Source: Terriglobia bacterium (GTDB lineage Bacteria > Acidobacteriota > Terriglobia > 2-12-FULL-54-10). From it: 64,000 nucleotides of DNA. The notes under the pieces are model-generated. The model made no database searches. It had not been told where the DNA came from and was given only the letters and a program-made list of their open reading frames with translations. Shown here in pieces: positions 9,775 to 21,399 of this stretch. Position numbers and translations under genes: made by a program. Every line of letters begins with the position of its first letter. The stretch's first letter is position 1. The stretch is from the NCBI GenBank assembly GCA_963666975.2, contig CAXVYR010000004.1:1568001-1632000 (forward strand). Reading direction: 5' to 3'.

Positions 9775-10182
9775 CTATTCCCCAATCACGTCAAAGTTGG
9801 TGGAGCCCGACACGCGTACTTTGGACCAGACCTCGGCCCAGGGAGCGCGTGTGGGGTGGCTCGAATAGCCGACTTTGGAATCCAGGTCGTCAAATTCCAG
9901 CACCAAGCCGTAGGTCCGCTCGGCATCCCCGTGTACCAGCGGACGGCTGAGCTTTCCCACCCAGGCCCTTTGCAGTCCGGGCATCACCTCAACCAGATGT
10001 TCGGTCGCCTGCTTAAAATCTTCAAAAGCCTGCGGTGTGGCGTTTTCCTGCGGCGTCCAGGCAACGGCATGAATGGTGGTTTTCTGAGTGGTTCCCCCGG
10101 CCTGCCCGGCCAGATACCCCGCCACGAACAGCATGCTTCCGATCACCAAAAGTACGGTCTTTCCATTTCGCAATGGGCGCAT
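9775..10182 (-). CDS. Exported Dabb (stress-responsive A/B barrel) family protein
   Basis: Signal peptide; PGL..AWVG..TYGLVLEFDD..Y..HP. Confidence 0.75.
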   Translation of the reverse strand: MRPLRNGKTVLLVIGSMLFVAGYLAGQAGGTTQKTTIHAVAWTPQENATPQAFEDFKQATEHLVEVMPGLQRAWVGKLSRPLVHGDAERTYGLVLEFDDLDSKVGYSSHPTRAPWAEVWSKVRVSGSTNFDVIGE

Positions 10183-10408
10183 ATGGATATTCCTCTCCTC
10201 TAGGTTTTCAGGATATCGGTGGCACGATTGTACTCTCAGGGCGGAAGGCGTCGCCAGTTATTTTTGACGGCTGCCTGCGGCCAATAGGCGAGGTTGGAGC
10301 GTGGCAGACAAATGGTTCGCGGTCTTGTTGGGAACCGGCTCCAGTTTGCCACGCTCGTCTAGGAAGGAATCAACAAGTGTTTCAGTCAGACGGTCTGCTG
10401 ACGCGCGC

Positions 10409-10846
10409 TTATTCACCCAGGATGTCAAAGGTGGTCGTGCCCAGCACGCGCACACGGTCATAGACCTCAACCCAGGCGTCGTGTGCGGGGTGGTCCGCAT
10501 AAACGGCCAGAGCCGCCTCGTCGTCGAATTCCATCGCCACGCCGTGAGTCCGCTCGCTGGTTCCCTGAGTGAGCGGACGGAGGAGCTTGCCCACCCAAAC
10601 TTTCCTCAGGCCGGGAATCTTGCCGACCATATCCGCCGTCGCATTCTTAAACGCCTCAAAGTCCTCTTTCGTGGCTTCCTCGATGGCCGTATAGGCAAAG
10701 GCGTGCAGGAGCGCTTTTTCAGTTGTGCCCGACTGGGCCGTGGCCGTCTGGTCTGTGGCTATCTCCTGTCCCACCTGGCAGCCGGCCACAAATAACAAGC
10801 ACCCGACCACCAGAGACAAATTCTTCCCGCCAAGCAATTTTCGCAT
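10409..10846 (-). CDS. Exported Dabb family protein (probable lipoprotein), paralog of 9775-10182
   Basis: VAGC lipobox; IPGLRKVWVG..THGVAMEFDD..YADHPAH; GGAGG RBS. Confidence 0.8.
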   Translation of the reverse strand: MRKLLGGKNLSLVVGCLLFVAGCQVGQEIATDQTATAQSGTTEKALLHAFAYTAIEEATKEDFEAFKNATADMVGKIPGLRKVWVGKLLRPLTQGTSERTHGVAMEFDDEAALAVYADHPAHDAWVEVYDRVRVLGTTTFDILGE

Positions 10847-10985
10847 GAGTCCTCCAGTGTGTGATATGTGATGGTGGAAAGATTTTACCAATATAGAGAG
10901 GCCGGTTTCCGATTTTTTTTGAGTGGCGAGCCGGGACGCGGCGGCAGAGGCGGGAGATGAAAGATGGAGGAGAGAGGGGGGAGAC

Positions 10986-12521
10986 CTAGCGCGGGAAGCG
11001 CACCGAATCGAGCATCTGCTGAAACACCGGCTCCCAGGCGGCGAAATTCCGCTCGGGCGCGATAAACACAATGTACCAGAGCCCCTCGGGCCGGAAGGTG
11101 GTCACGATCCAGTTGACCTCTGTTTCGTCCACGATGGGGGATTGCCCCAGGGCCGTCACGGAAAGCAGCTCCTGGCGGCCGCTGGACCTTTGCGAGCGGC
11201 GGATGACGCGCAGGTTCGGGTTGCTTCGTTGCAGTTCGCGGATCAACTGATCGGTGGCGTTCGAGAGAGTCAGCCGCCGGCCACGCCGTTGCGCCGGTTC
11301 GTAGACGCTCATCATGGCGCCGTAGGCGATCGCCGGCAAAGCGTTCTCGCTTGCCCGGATGATTCCCTGCGGAGGCACCATCGTGAGGGTTGAGGTTCCC
11401 TCTCCGTAGACATCCCAGTTGTCGGGGTAGCCGATGCTGAAAAAATCCGCGTTGAAGTACTGAAACCGCCGGGAGGGCTCTTCCGGTTGGGACGGTTCGA
11501 GCCCCCCGGAGCCCGAGCGCGGCCTTTGGGCAGGCTCCGCATCCGCCAGCTCTGTGGTTCTGCGTTTCATCCTCTCGAATTCGGAGTTGCGGTCGCTAAA
11601 ACTCTTGCGAGGACCGAGCGAGGGAATCAGGTCCAATACGTCCGTCTGCCGGTTTCCCGGATTGGGGTGGCTGGCAAGAAACTCTATACCGCGGTTACCG
11701 CTTTCCGCCTCGATGATCTCGAAGAACTGCGCCATGGCTCTCGGATCATAACCCGCATCGTATAGCATTTGCGCGCCCTGCTGGTCGGCCTGGCGCTCTG
11801 CCGAGCGAGAGAACTTCAAAAAAACCGAGTTGAGGCCAAAGCCGATCCCCAACTGCGCCAGCTGGCCTCCGATTCCTCCCCCGGAGAGGATGCCCCCAAG
11901 GATCGCCAGCGGGGCCTGGGCCAGCATGGCTTTGGAGGCTTGATTGGTGGAGTGGCGCAGGGCCACGTGGGAGATTTCGTGCGCCAGCACGCCGGCCAGT
12001 TGCGCTTCGCTCTCAGCCGACAGGATGATTCCAGTGTGTATATAGATGGGGCCGCCGGGAAGGGCGAAGGCGTTGATTTCTTTTGCGTTCACCAGGCTGA
12101 ACCGGTAAGGATAACGGTGTCCGGGAGCGAACCCGGCGAGCTTCTGTCCCAGGCGGTTGATGTAGTCGTTCAACTGTGAATCGGAGACCAGGGCGAGTTC
12201 TTTTTCCATTTCCGCCGCGGCGTCTTTTCCGAGTTGAATATCTTGATCAGGCTTGAAGGTGTTGAAGCCGGGTTTGTGCTCCACGCGGGCGTGGAGAGGG
12301 ATTGCCGCCAGACAAAGAAACCAGAGCAGCAGACTGGCCGCGCCTGCAAAGGTTCCCGGCGCGCTTGCCGGTCTTGCTTTTCGTGAATGGGACACTTTAT
12401 TCACAGACGTCACTCTATACACAGGCGTCACCTTATACACAGGCGTCACCCGGCAAAAAGGAAGGCGCAGAAGCTGCACCTGGAACAGGCAAATTTTGCC
12501 TCCGGGCGGCGTGTTTTGCAA
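10986..12521 (-). CDS. M48 family zinc metalloprotease (BepA/YfgC-like), exported
   Basis: NAFALPGG, HEISH, E.QAD, FLASHP; true start probably downstream (about 12395). Confidence 0.9.
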   Translation of the reverse strand: MQNTPPGGKICLFQVQLLRLPFCRVTPVYKVTPVYRVTSVNKVSHSRKARPASAPGTFAGAASLLLWFLCLAAIPLHARVEHKPGFNTFKPDQDIQLGKDAAAEMEKELALVSDSQLNDYINRLGQKLAGFAPGHRYPYRFSLVNAKEINAFALPGGPIYIHTGIILSAESEAQLAGVLAHEISHVALRHSTNQASKAMLAQAPLAILGGILSGGGIGGQLAQLGIGFGLNSVFLKFSRSAERQADQQGAQMLYDAGYDPRAMAQFFEIIEAESGNRGIEFLASHPNPGNRQTDVLDLIPSLGPRKSFSDRNSEFERMKRRTTELADAEPAQRPRSGSGGLEPSQPEEPSRRFQYFNADFFSIGYPDNWDVYGEGTSTLTMVPPQGIIRASENALPAIAYGAMMSVYEPAQRRGRRLTLSNATDQLIRELQRSNPNLRVIRRSQRSSGRQELLSVTALGQSPIVDETEVNWIVTTFRPEGLWYIVFIAPERNFAAWEPVFQQMLDSVRFPR

Positions 12522-12651
12522 GCGGAACTTTCCTGAGATGCTGGTTTGGAGTGCTGGTCTGAGGGTCGCGTCCTATCGTCCGCATGCTCCCGTTGTTCAG
12601 TTCCCATTTTAGGTTCAAGGCCCGGAGCTGTTGGAGCGAGCCTTCGGGCAG

Positions 12652-13821
12652 TTAATTACTTACTGCGCGGGGTGCGGAGACCTCCGCAGAACGATCCCGT
12701 GCTCTGGTCATCCGGGAAGCCGACCCGTTGCGGGCACGGGCGGGTCGGGTCTTTGGCGTCCAGGGAAGCACACGGTCGGCGCGCGCGTCTTTTACAAAAG
12801 CAAGTTCGTTTCCGCCCGGTTGCGCTCCCACCAGCAGAGAATCGCCCAAACCAATCTGGTCGGTCGCCATCAAGTGGGCCAGCGGGTCCACCAAGTGCCG
12901 TTCAATGGAGCGTTTCAGATGCCGTGCGCCATACTTCGCGTCCATTCCGTCCTCCAGCAGGAATTGCTTTGCCTCCGGAGCGCAGGAGAAAAAGAACCGT
13001 TTCCCGCCGGTGGAGTCCAGCATTCGCTGCTGCACCCTGGCGAGTTCAATGTCCAGCACTCGCTCCAGATTAGCTTGATTGAGGTTTCGGAAGACGACCG
13101 TCTTGTCAATGCGGTTGATGAACTCGGGCGAAAATTTTCTCCGGGCAGCTTCCAAAGCCGTGTTCTGCACCTTTTGCTCCAGGCGCTCGTCCGGCTCCAG
13201 GGGCTGCTGGCCAAACCCGATGCCGCCCAGCAGCATGTTGCTGATCTCGGCGCCGCCCAGGTTGCTCGTCATGAAGATGATTGTTTGCGAAAAGTCCACT
13301 TTCCGGTTGTCTCCCAGCGTCAGCGTCGCTTTATCCAGGATACCAAGCAGCAACTGCCAGAGGGAGTCGCTGGCCTTTTCGATTTCATCCAGCAGCACCA
13401 GGGAAAGCTTCATGTCGTCTCTGTGCCACTGGTTCAAAGACTCCTGGGTCAGCACGGGGTGTGTTTCTCTGTGCCCCAAATAGCCCGGCGGCGAGCCGAT
13501 CAGCTTGGCGATCTCGTGGCTGTGCTGAAATTCGGCGCAGTCAATCTTGATCATCGCGCGGCTGTCGCCCAGCAATGTCTCGGCTGTGGCCTCCACAACT
13601 CTTGTTTTTCCGGATCCAGTGGGGCCCAGAAACAACAGGTTGCCCACGGGACGGTTGGCTGCATTCATTCCTGCCAGGAAGATTTGATATACCGAGGCGA
13701 TCGCCTTGATGGCGTCATCCTGGCCAACGATCTTCGCCCGCAGCGACTCTTCCAATTCCCTGGCCCGGGAGCTTTTCCGCTTGGGGTCCAATGTCATTTT
13801 GGTAGCTGCTGATTTCATCAT
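12652..13821 (-). CDS. Stand-alone ClpA/ClpB D2-type AAA+ ATPase
   Basis: IVGQD, GPTGSGKT, LIGSPPGY, LLDEIEKA, PEFINRID, YGAR; no D1 or N-domain; RBS AGGGAG before ATG 13821. Confidence 0.9.
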   Translation of the reverse strand: MMKSAATKMTLDPKRKSSRARELEESLRAKIVGQDDAIKAIASVYQIFLAGMNAANRPVGNLLFLGPTGSGKTRVVEATAETLLGDSRAMIKIDCAEFQHSHEIAKLIGSPPGYLGHRETHPVLTQESLNQWHRDDMKLSLVLLDEIEKASDSLWQLLLGILDKATLTLGDNRKVDFSQTIIFMTSNLGGAEISNMLLGGIGFGQQPLEPDERLEQKVQNTALEAARRKFSPEFINRIDKTVVFRNLNQANLERVLDIELARVQQRMLDSTGGKRFFFSCAPEAKQFLLEDGMDAKYGARHLKRSIERHLVDPLAHLMATDQIGLGDSLLVGAQPGGNELAFVKDARADRVLPWTPKTRPARARNGSASRMTRARDRSAEVSAPRAVSN

Positions 13822-13845
13822 TATGTTCTCCCTGCCTGATCCTGA

Positions 13846-13861
13846 AGCAATCTGCATGCCG
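13846..13861 (-). promoter_or_regulatory. Putative sigma-54 (-24/-12) promoter
   Basis: Minus strand CGGCATGCAGATTGCT matches YGGCAY-N5-TTGCW, ~25 bp upstream of the AAA+ start. Confidence 0.6.
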
Positions 13862-14591
13862 TTTCCGTTTGCCACTTTATTCCGTCCCAGGGTCTCCTGA
13901 ATTCCTTTTGTTTTCTGCGCTTATAAAGCTAAGCAAGCCCTCTAAGGCCGGATCAGGCCTTGCCACTATCCGTCACCTATCCGGCAAATTTTGGAGGGCA
14001 GTCTGAATTCATTTTAATCTTTCAGCAACCCGCCCCAGTTTGTGTTGCCTTGCTCATCTTTCGCTGCTCAAGCTCCTTTCCCGGAGGTGCCTTCTTATCA
14101 ATCCAGGGAACCATTAAATCCAGAGAACCACGGGATCTGAGCCGCCTCCCACTTGATTTGACGCCGGAAAGGCAATTTAGGCTGCAACGAATTCCAAAAA
14201 AAAAGCGCTTTCTCCCGCCCTCGTCATCAAGTCTTCAGTTTCCCCGGCGTCTGGCGATCGGTTGCGCATTCGGTAACCAGTGCGCCCTCATTAGTAATAT
14301 CGGAGCAATCCTACGTAAAACTTTAGGCTCATCTCGCAAATCCCTGCCTTTTCCGTCACCCCCCCCCGCTTGAAATTGCTGCTTCTGATTGCTCAATCCG
14401 CGCTATAATGTTGTTAGGTAGATAAGAGTTGGCTTAACAACTGCGCGGCTTCGAGTCGTTCGCAAGCGCTGCCTACGCAGCGAGCGAAAAAAAAGTTCCC
14501 CCATGCCGGTTCCACATTTGATAGGTCTGAAACGGGATGGCGGAGGATTCCCGCCGGAAGGTCCGGTTAGTTCAGATAAGGTCTGAGGCAG

Positions 14592-15545
14592 ATGAAGGTG
14601 AAGAAATCGGAAAAGATATGGCATAACGGGCGCTTCATCAATTGGGATGACGCCACCGTGCACGTGCTCTCCCACGTCGTCAATTACGGTTCCTCCTTGT
14701 TTGAAGGAATCCGCTGCTATGCGCTGCCGTCCGGCCCCGCCATCTTCCGTTTGTCGGAACACCTGCAACGGCTGATCAACTCTTGCAAAATTTACCGGAT
14801 GTCGCTCCCGCATTCGCGAGAGGAGATGGAACAGGCCTGCCTGGAGCTGGTGGGAGTGAACGGCCTGCGCCACTGCTATCTTCGTCCCATTGCCCTGCGC
14901 GGGTACGGCGAAATCGGAGTGCATCCCGGCAACACTCCCGTGGAAGTGTTTATCGCCTGCTGGGAGTGGGGAAAGTACCTGGGCTCGGAGGCGGACCAGG
15001 GTGTGGATGTATGCGTTTCTTCCTGGAACCGCATGGCGCCCAATACGCTTCCGGCGATGGCCAAGTCGGCAGCCAACTACATGAACGCCCAGCTCATCCG
15101 GATGGAAGCCGAGGAGAACGGCTACGCCGAAGGCATCGCTCTCGACAGCAGGGGCTTTCTCAGCGAAGGCAGCGGAGAGAATCTCTTCGTGGTCTATGGC
15201 GGGAGGATACTCACGCCTCCCCTGAGCGCCTCCATTCTTCCCGGCATCACCCGCGATACCGTGATCACGCTTTGCCAGGACCTCGGGCTGAAGGTCGAGG
15301 AGCAGGATATCCCCCGGGAGATGCTCTATCTGGCCGATGAGGTTTTTATGGTGGGCACTGCCGCTGAAGTCACGCCGCTGCGGACGGTTGACCGCATCCC
15401 GGTCGGCGACGGCAAGCGCGGCCCCATTACCGAAAAACTGCAGCAGGAATTTTTTGCCATCGTGGAGGGCCGGAAGCAAGATCCCCACGGTTGGATGACT
15501 CCTGTTGTTGCGCCCCGCCCCACAACCGTCGAAGTCAATCGATAA
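14592..15545 (+). CDS. ilvE: Branched-chain amino acid aminotransferase
   Basis: YGSSLFEGIRCY, AK..ANY, EGSGENLF, ILPGITR, GTAAEVTP. Confidence 0.95.
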   Translation: MKVKKSEKIWHNGRFINWDDATVHVLSHVVNYGSSLFEGIRCYALPSGPAIFRLSEHLQRLINSCKIYRMSLPHSREEMEQACLELVGVNGLRHCYLRPIALRGYGEIGVHPGNTPVEVFIACWEWGKYLGSEADQGVDVCVSSWNRMAPNTLPAMAKSAANYMNAQLIRMEAEENGYAEGIALDSRGFLSEGSGENLFVVYGGRILTPPLSASILPGITRDTVITLCQDLGLKVEEQDIPREMLYLADEVFMVGTAAEVTPLRTVDRIPVGDGKRGPITEKLQQEFFAIVEGRKQDPHGWMTPVVAPRPTTVEVNR

Positions 15546-15783
15546 AATCCTCCCAGATCACGGTTCGGCGTCGTATGTAGAAGCGGCCACTTTGATCGCA
15601 AAGATATTCCCTTGCCGCTTTGCCGGACGGATTGCGCTGCTATTCAGCGGCTTCCTGCCGCCGAGTCCGTTCCACAAAATCCTGAACCGCTCTTGAATAC
15701 GCAGAGATTCTTGGCTAGCATGGAGCACGTTTCCGCAGCCGCTTGCTTTGCCGAACTTAGTTGCGAACACAGGAGCGTGATTC

Positions 15784-17370
15784 TTGCCGAATGGATCTCC
15801 TGCGCGATCCTCCCGCCAGAAGATCGGCCTGGTTCTAGGGATTGTTCTCTTCCTACTCGTGCTGGCCGTCCCCGCGCCGGAGGGAATGTCGCCGGAGGCC
15901 AAGCGTATGGCGGCGGTCGCCGTGTTGATGGGCACATGGTGGATCAGTGAAGCGATTGCCATTGCCCTGACCGCTCTGCTGCCGCTGGCGCTGTTGCCGC
16001 TGCTCGGCATCATGCCGAGCGCGGAAGTGGCTCCCCGCTACACCGATCACGTGATCTTCCTGTTCTTCGGAGGATTCGTCGTCGCCCTCGCCATCCAAAA
16101 ATGGAACTTGCACCGGCGCATCGCTCTGCACACGATTCTGATGGTGGGAGCCGAGCCCACGCGCCTGATGCTGGGCTTCATGCTGGCCGCGGCGTTTCTT
16201 TCCATGTGGATGTCGAACACCGCCTGCGTCATGATGATGTTTCCCATCGGGATGGCCGTGGTCAAGCAATTGGCGGCCGAATCGGCCACGGGCGGCGCGG
16301 CGGACTCGGACGGGCGGCGAGTGCTTGAAAGTTTCGGGCCGGTGCTGATGCTCGGCATCGCTTATGCTGCCAGCATCGGCGGCATCGGCACGCTGATCGG
16401 CACCCCGCCGAACCTGGTTTTTTCCGGAACGGTGCGGAACCTGTTTCCCGAAGCCCCCGAGATCGGGTTTCTCCAATGGATGGGGATCGGGATGCCCGTC
16501 GTGGTGTTGTTTCTTCCCCTCGCCTGGCTCTACCTCTGCCGCTTTGGTGCCAAAGTGCCGCTCCGTCAGATTCGTTTTCCGGGAAGCCAAACGGTCATCC
16601 AGGAGGAGTTACATCAATTGGGAAAGATGACCCCTCCGGAAAAGCGCGTCCTGACGATCTGGTCGGCGATGGCATTTCTGTGGATTTTCCGCAATCCCAT
16701 CAAGCTCGGCGCCATCACCGTGCCCGGCTGGTCGGAGTTGTTCGGGCACCCGGCTTATCTGCACGACGCCACCGTCGCTGTCGCCATGGCCCTGTTATTG
16801 TGCCTGACCCCGGCGGGATCGTCGGGCGGCGCCTCAGAAGCCGGCGGGCACAAACCGTTTTTGATGGATTGGCAGACCATCCGCACGGGGCTTCCCTGGG
16901 GAATCCTGCTGCTGTTCGGCGGGGGGTTCGCCATGGCGGCTGGCTTTCAGCAAACCGGCCTGGCAAGCTGGATCGGTTCGCGGCTCGGCGGGATGGAAGG
17001 ATTTCCGCCCTTGCTGATGATTGTCATCACCTGCCTGGTTTTGACGTTTCTGACCGAGGTGACCTCGAACACTGCCACTGCGACCATGGCCATGCCTGTG
17101 CTAGCCGCAGCTGCGATCCAGATTGGCGTTCATCCCTTTCTATTTATGATCCCGGCCACGATCTCCACCTCCTGCGCCTTTATGCTTCCGGTCTCTACAC
17201 CTCCCAACGCCATTGTGTTCGGCAGCGGATGGGTCACCATCCCGCAGATGGCCCGCGCCGGCATCATGCTCGACTTGGCGGGGGTGGTGATCGTAACTAC
17301 GGTGGCATATTTTCTGGCCGCCACTGTTTTCGGCTTCTCCTTCGGCCAGCTCCCGGTCTGGGCCCGGTAG
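15784..17370 (+). CDS. SLC13/DASS family sodium:dicarboxylate/sulfate symporter
   Basis: SMWMSNTA, GTLIGTPPN, TEVTSNTA, PVSTPPNAIV motifs. Confidence 0.93.
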   Translation: MPNGSPARSSRQKIGLVLGIVLFLLVLAVPAPEGMSPEAKRMAAVAVLMGTWWISEAIAIALTALLPLALLPLLGIMPSAEVAPRYTDHVIFLFFGGFVVALAIQKWNLHRRIALHTILMVGAEPTRLMLGFMLAAAFLSMWMSNTACVMMMFPIGMAVVKQLAAESATGGAADSDGRRVLESFGPVLMLGIAYAASIGGIGTLIGTPPNLVFSGTVRNLFPEAPEIGFLQWMGIGMPVVVLFLPLAWLYLCRFGAKVPLRQIRFPGSQTVIQEELHQLGKMTPPEKRVLTIWSAMAFLWIFRNPIKLGAITVPGWSELFGHPAYLHDATVAVAMALLLCLTPAGSSGGASEAGGHKPFLMDWQTIRTGLPWGILLLFGGGFAMAAGFQQTGLASWIGSRLGGMEGFPPLLMIVITCLVLTFLTEVTSNTATATMAMPVLAAAAIQIGVHPFLFMIPATISTSCAFMLPVSTPPNAIVFGSGWVTIPQMARAGIMLDLAGVVIVTTVAYFLAATVFGFSFGQLPVWAR

Positions 17371-17501
17371 TAGGGATTGGCTGGCGTATGCTTCTGGACG
17401 AAGCCGAAGCCCACGATTTGAAATTCCGGATAAAGGCCAACCCTGCGCGAGAAAGGATTATTATCAGGAGAGACCGTAAGGCGAAACCGTAAGGAGAGAC
17501 A

Positions 17502-17575
17502 ATGAGCAGGTATCCAGAATTTACTCTGGCTGCCGTCCAGGCTGCGCCGGTGCTTTTCGACGCGGAGGCGTCGAG
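17502..17575 (+). pseudogene. N-terminal remnant of a nitrilase
   Basis: AAGGAG RBS; MSRYPEFTLAAVQAAPVLFDAEAS matches the nitrilase N-terminus. Confidence 0.6.
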
Positions 17576-17619
17576 AAGTCAAAAGCCGGGCCATCCAAGC
17601 GGACGTAACCTATACCGCT

Positions 17620-17905
17620 GGGCGGTGATTGATCCGTAGCGGGACGTGGATCAATATCTGGAGGACGCCGCCCGGCGGAATGGCATGCTGGACATATCGA
17701 AGGAGCATTGCATCACCCTCTCGATCATCTCACCCGGTCGCTTGAGGCGCTCGACCCCCAAGCCCCCACCGCCGTCTGTTGCAAAAGCGGCTACCGCTCC
17801 AGCATTGCGTGCACCCTTTTGCAGGCTCGCGGCTTCCGCAATCTCTATAACGTGGTGGGTGGGGTGGACGCCTGGACGGCCAGCGGATTCCCGGTCGTTC
17901 GATAA
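17620..17905 (+). pseudogene. Internally deleted MBL-fold hydrolase-rhodanese fusion
   Basis: AVIDP*RDVDQYLEDA (MBL N-terminus) joined to RPAEWHAGHIEGA..CKSGYRS..GGVDAW (rhodanese). Confidence 0.7.
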
Positions 17906-17930
17906 TTGTTATCCGGGAATTGTCTGATTC

Positions 17931-18073
17931 CGAGCCGCAACCGCCAGGGAGCGGTCAACCAAGCTTTGCTTACTCACTTGGCGTTCAGGGTCCGCTTGCT
18001 GATCCCTCGGCTATGCTCCCTTCGGCTTCGCTCAGGGCAGGCAGGGCAGGCAGGGCAGGCGCGCGCGGCTCGG
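17931..18073. repeat. REP doublet with nested second-family REP
   Basis: GAGCCGCAACCGCCAGGGAGCGG ... CCGCTTGCT[..CCCTTCGGCTTCGCTCAGGGCAGG..]GCGCGCGGCTCGG. Confidence 0.75.
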
Positions 18074-18081
18074 GTTTTTTC

Positions 18082-20763
<2,682 letters not shown>

Positions 20764-20981
20764 GATGGCACCTTTCTTTGTTCTTTTCTCTTCGCTCTTT
20801 GCCGGAACGTTAGCTGCTTTCCTCGCGCGGAGAAAACCGCTCGAGGGACTTTCGGCGCGGAGGCTATGTGGATCGATCCCGGCGGGATTGTTGCCAGCTT
20901 CTGGCAGAATGTTTCATGCTAGCACAGTGCCACGGCGGTGAGATTGCTTCTTTCACCACTCCTTTCATAGGGAACGGAAAT

Positions 20982-21011
20982 TTGAAGGTTCCTGTGCGGA
21001 TTTGTTATGAT
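20982..21011 (+). promoter_or_regulatory. Putative sigma-70 promoter of tRNA-Glu
   Basis: TTGAAG-N18-TATGAT with extended -10 TG. Confidence 0.45.
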
Positions 21012-21045
21012 GCATGGAGCTTGGCCGAACACTGGCGCAGCATGC

Positions 21046-21123
21046 GTCCCCATCGTCTAGTCTGGCCTAGGACACCGCCCTTTCACGGCGGCGACGGGGG
21101 TTCAAATCCCCCTGGGGACGCCA
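21046..21123 (+). tRNA. tRNA-Glu(TTC)
   Basis: GTCCCCA/TGGGGAC acceptor stem, CCGCC-CTTTCAC-GGCGG anticodon arm, GGTTCAAATCC T-loop, 3' CCA. Confidence 0.97.
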
Positions 21124-21146
21124 TTTTATTTCAGGCGCTTTCGGGC

Positions 21147-21380
21147 TCAGGTTCCGGTAGGGCTTTTTTCTCGGTAACGCCTGGGTAACACAGATTGCCG
21201 AAAACGGCATCCACTCCCCCTCACAGCCTCCTCCAAGAACGCCGGAGAAAGGTACTGGTAACGGGCGGCCATTCTCAGGTCCTTGTGGCCGAGCAACTGC
21301 GCCACTGTGTGGATGTCAGCCCCTTTCATACGCAGCCAACTGGCCGCCGTGTGTCTGCAATCATGGAGGTGGTGCAAAAA
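21147..21380 (-). pseudogene. C-terminal remnant of tyrosine recombinase (phage integrase)
   Basis: HDCRHTAAS..GADIHTVAQLLGHKDLRMAARY: HxxR, LGH and catalytic Y; N-terminal part missing. Confidence 0.85.
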
Positions 21381-21399
21381 GGGCCTGGTCAGGTCACTC

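Noticed and set aside
13900-14590. Possible ncRNA or attenuator upstream of ilvE
   Set aside because: No T-box, riboswitch or leader-peptide signature identifiable by eye.
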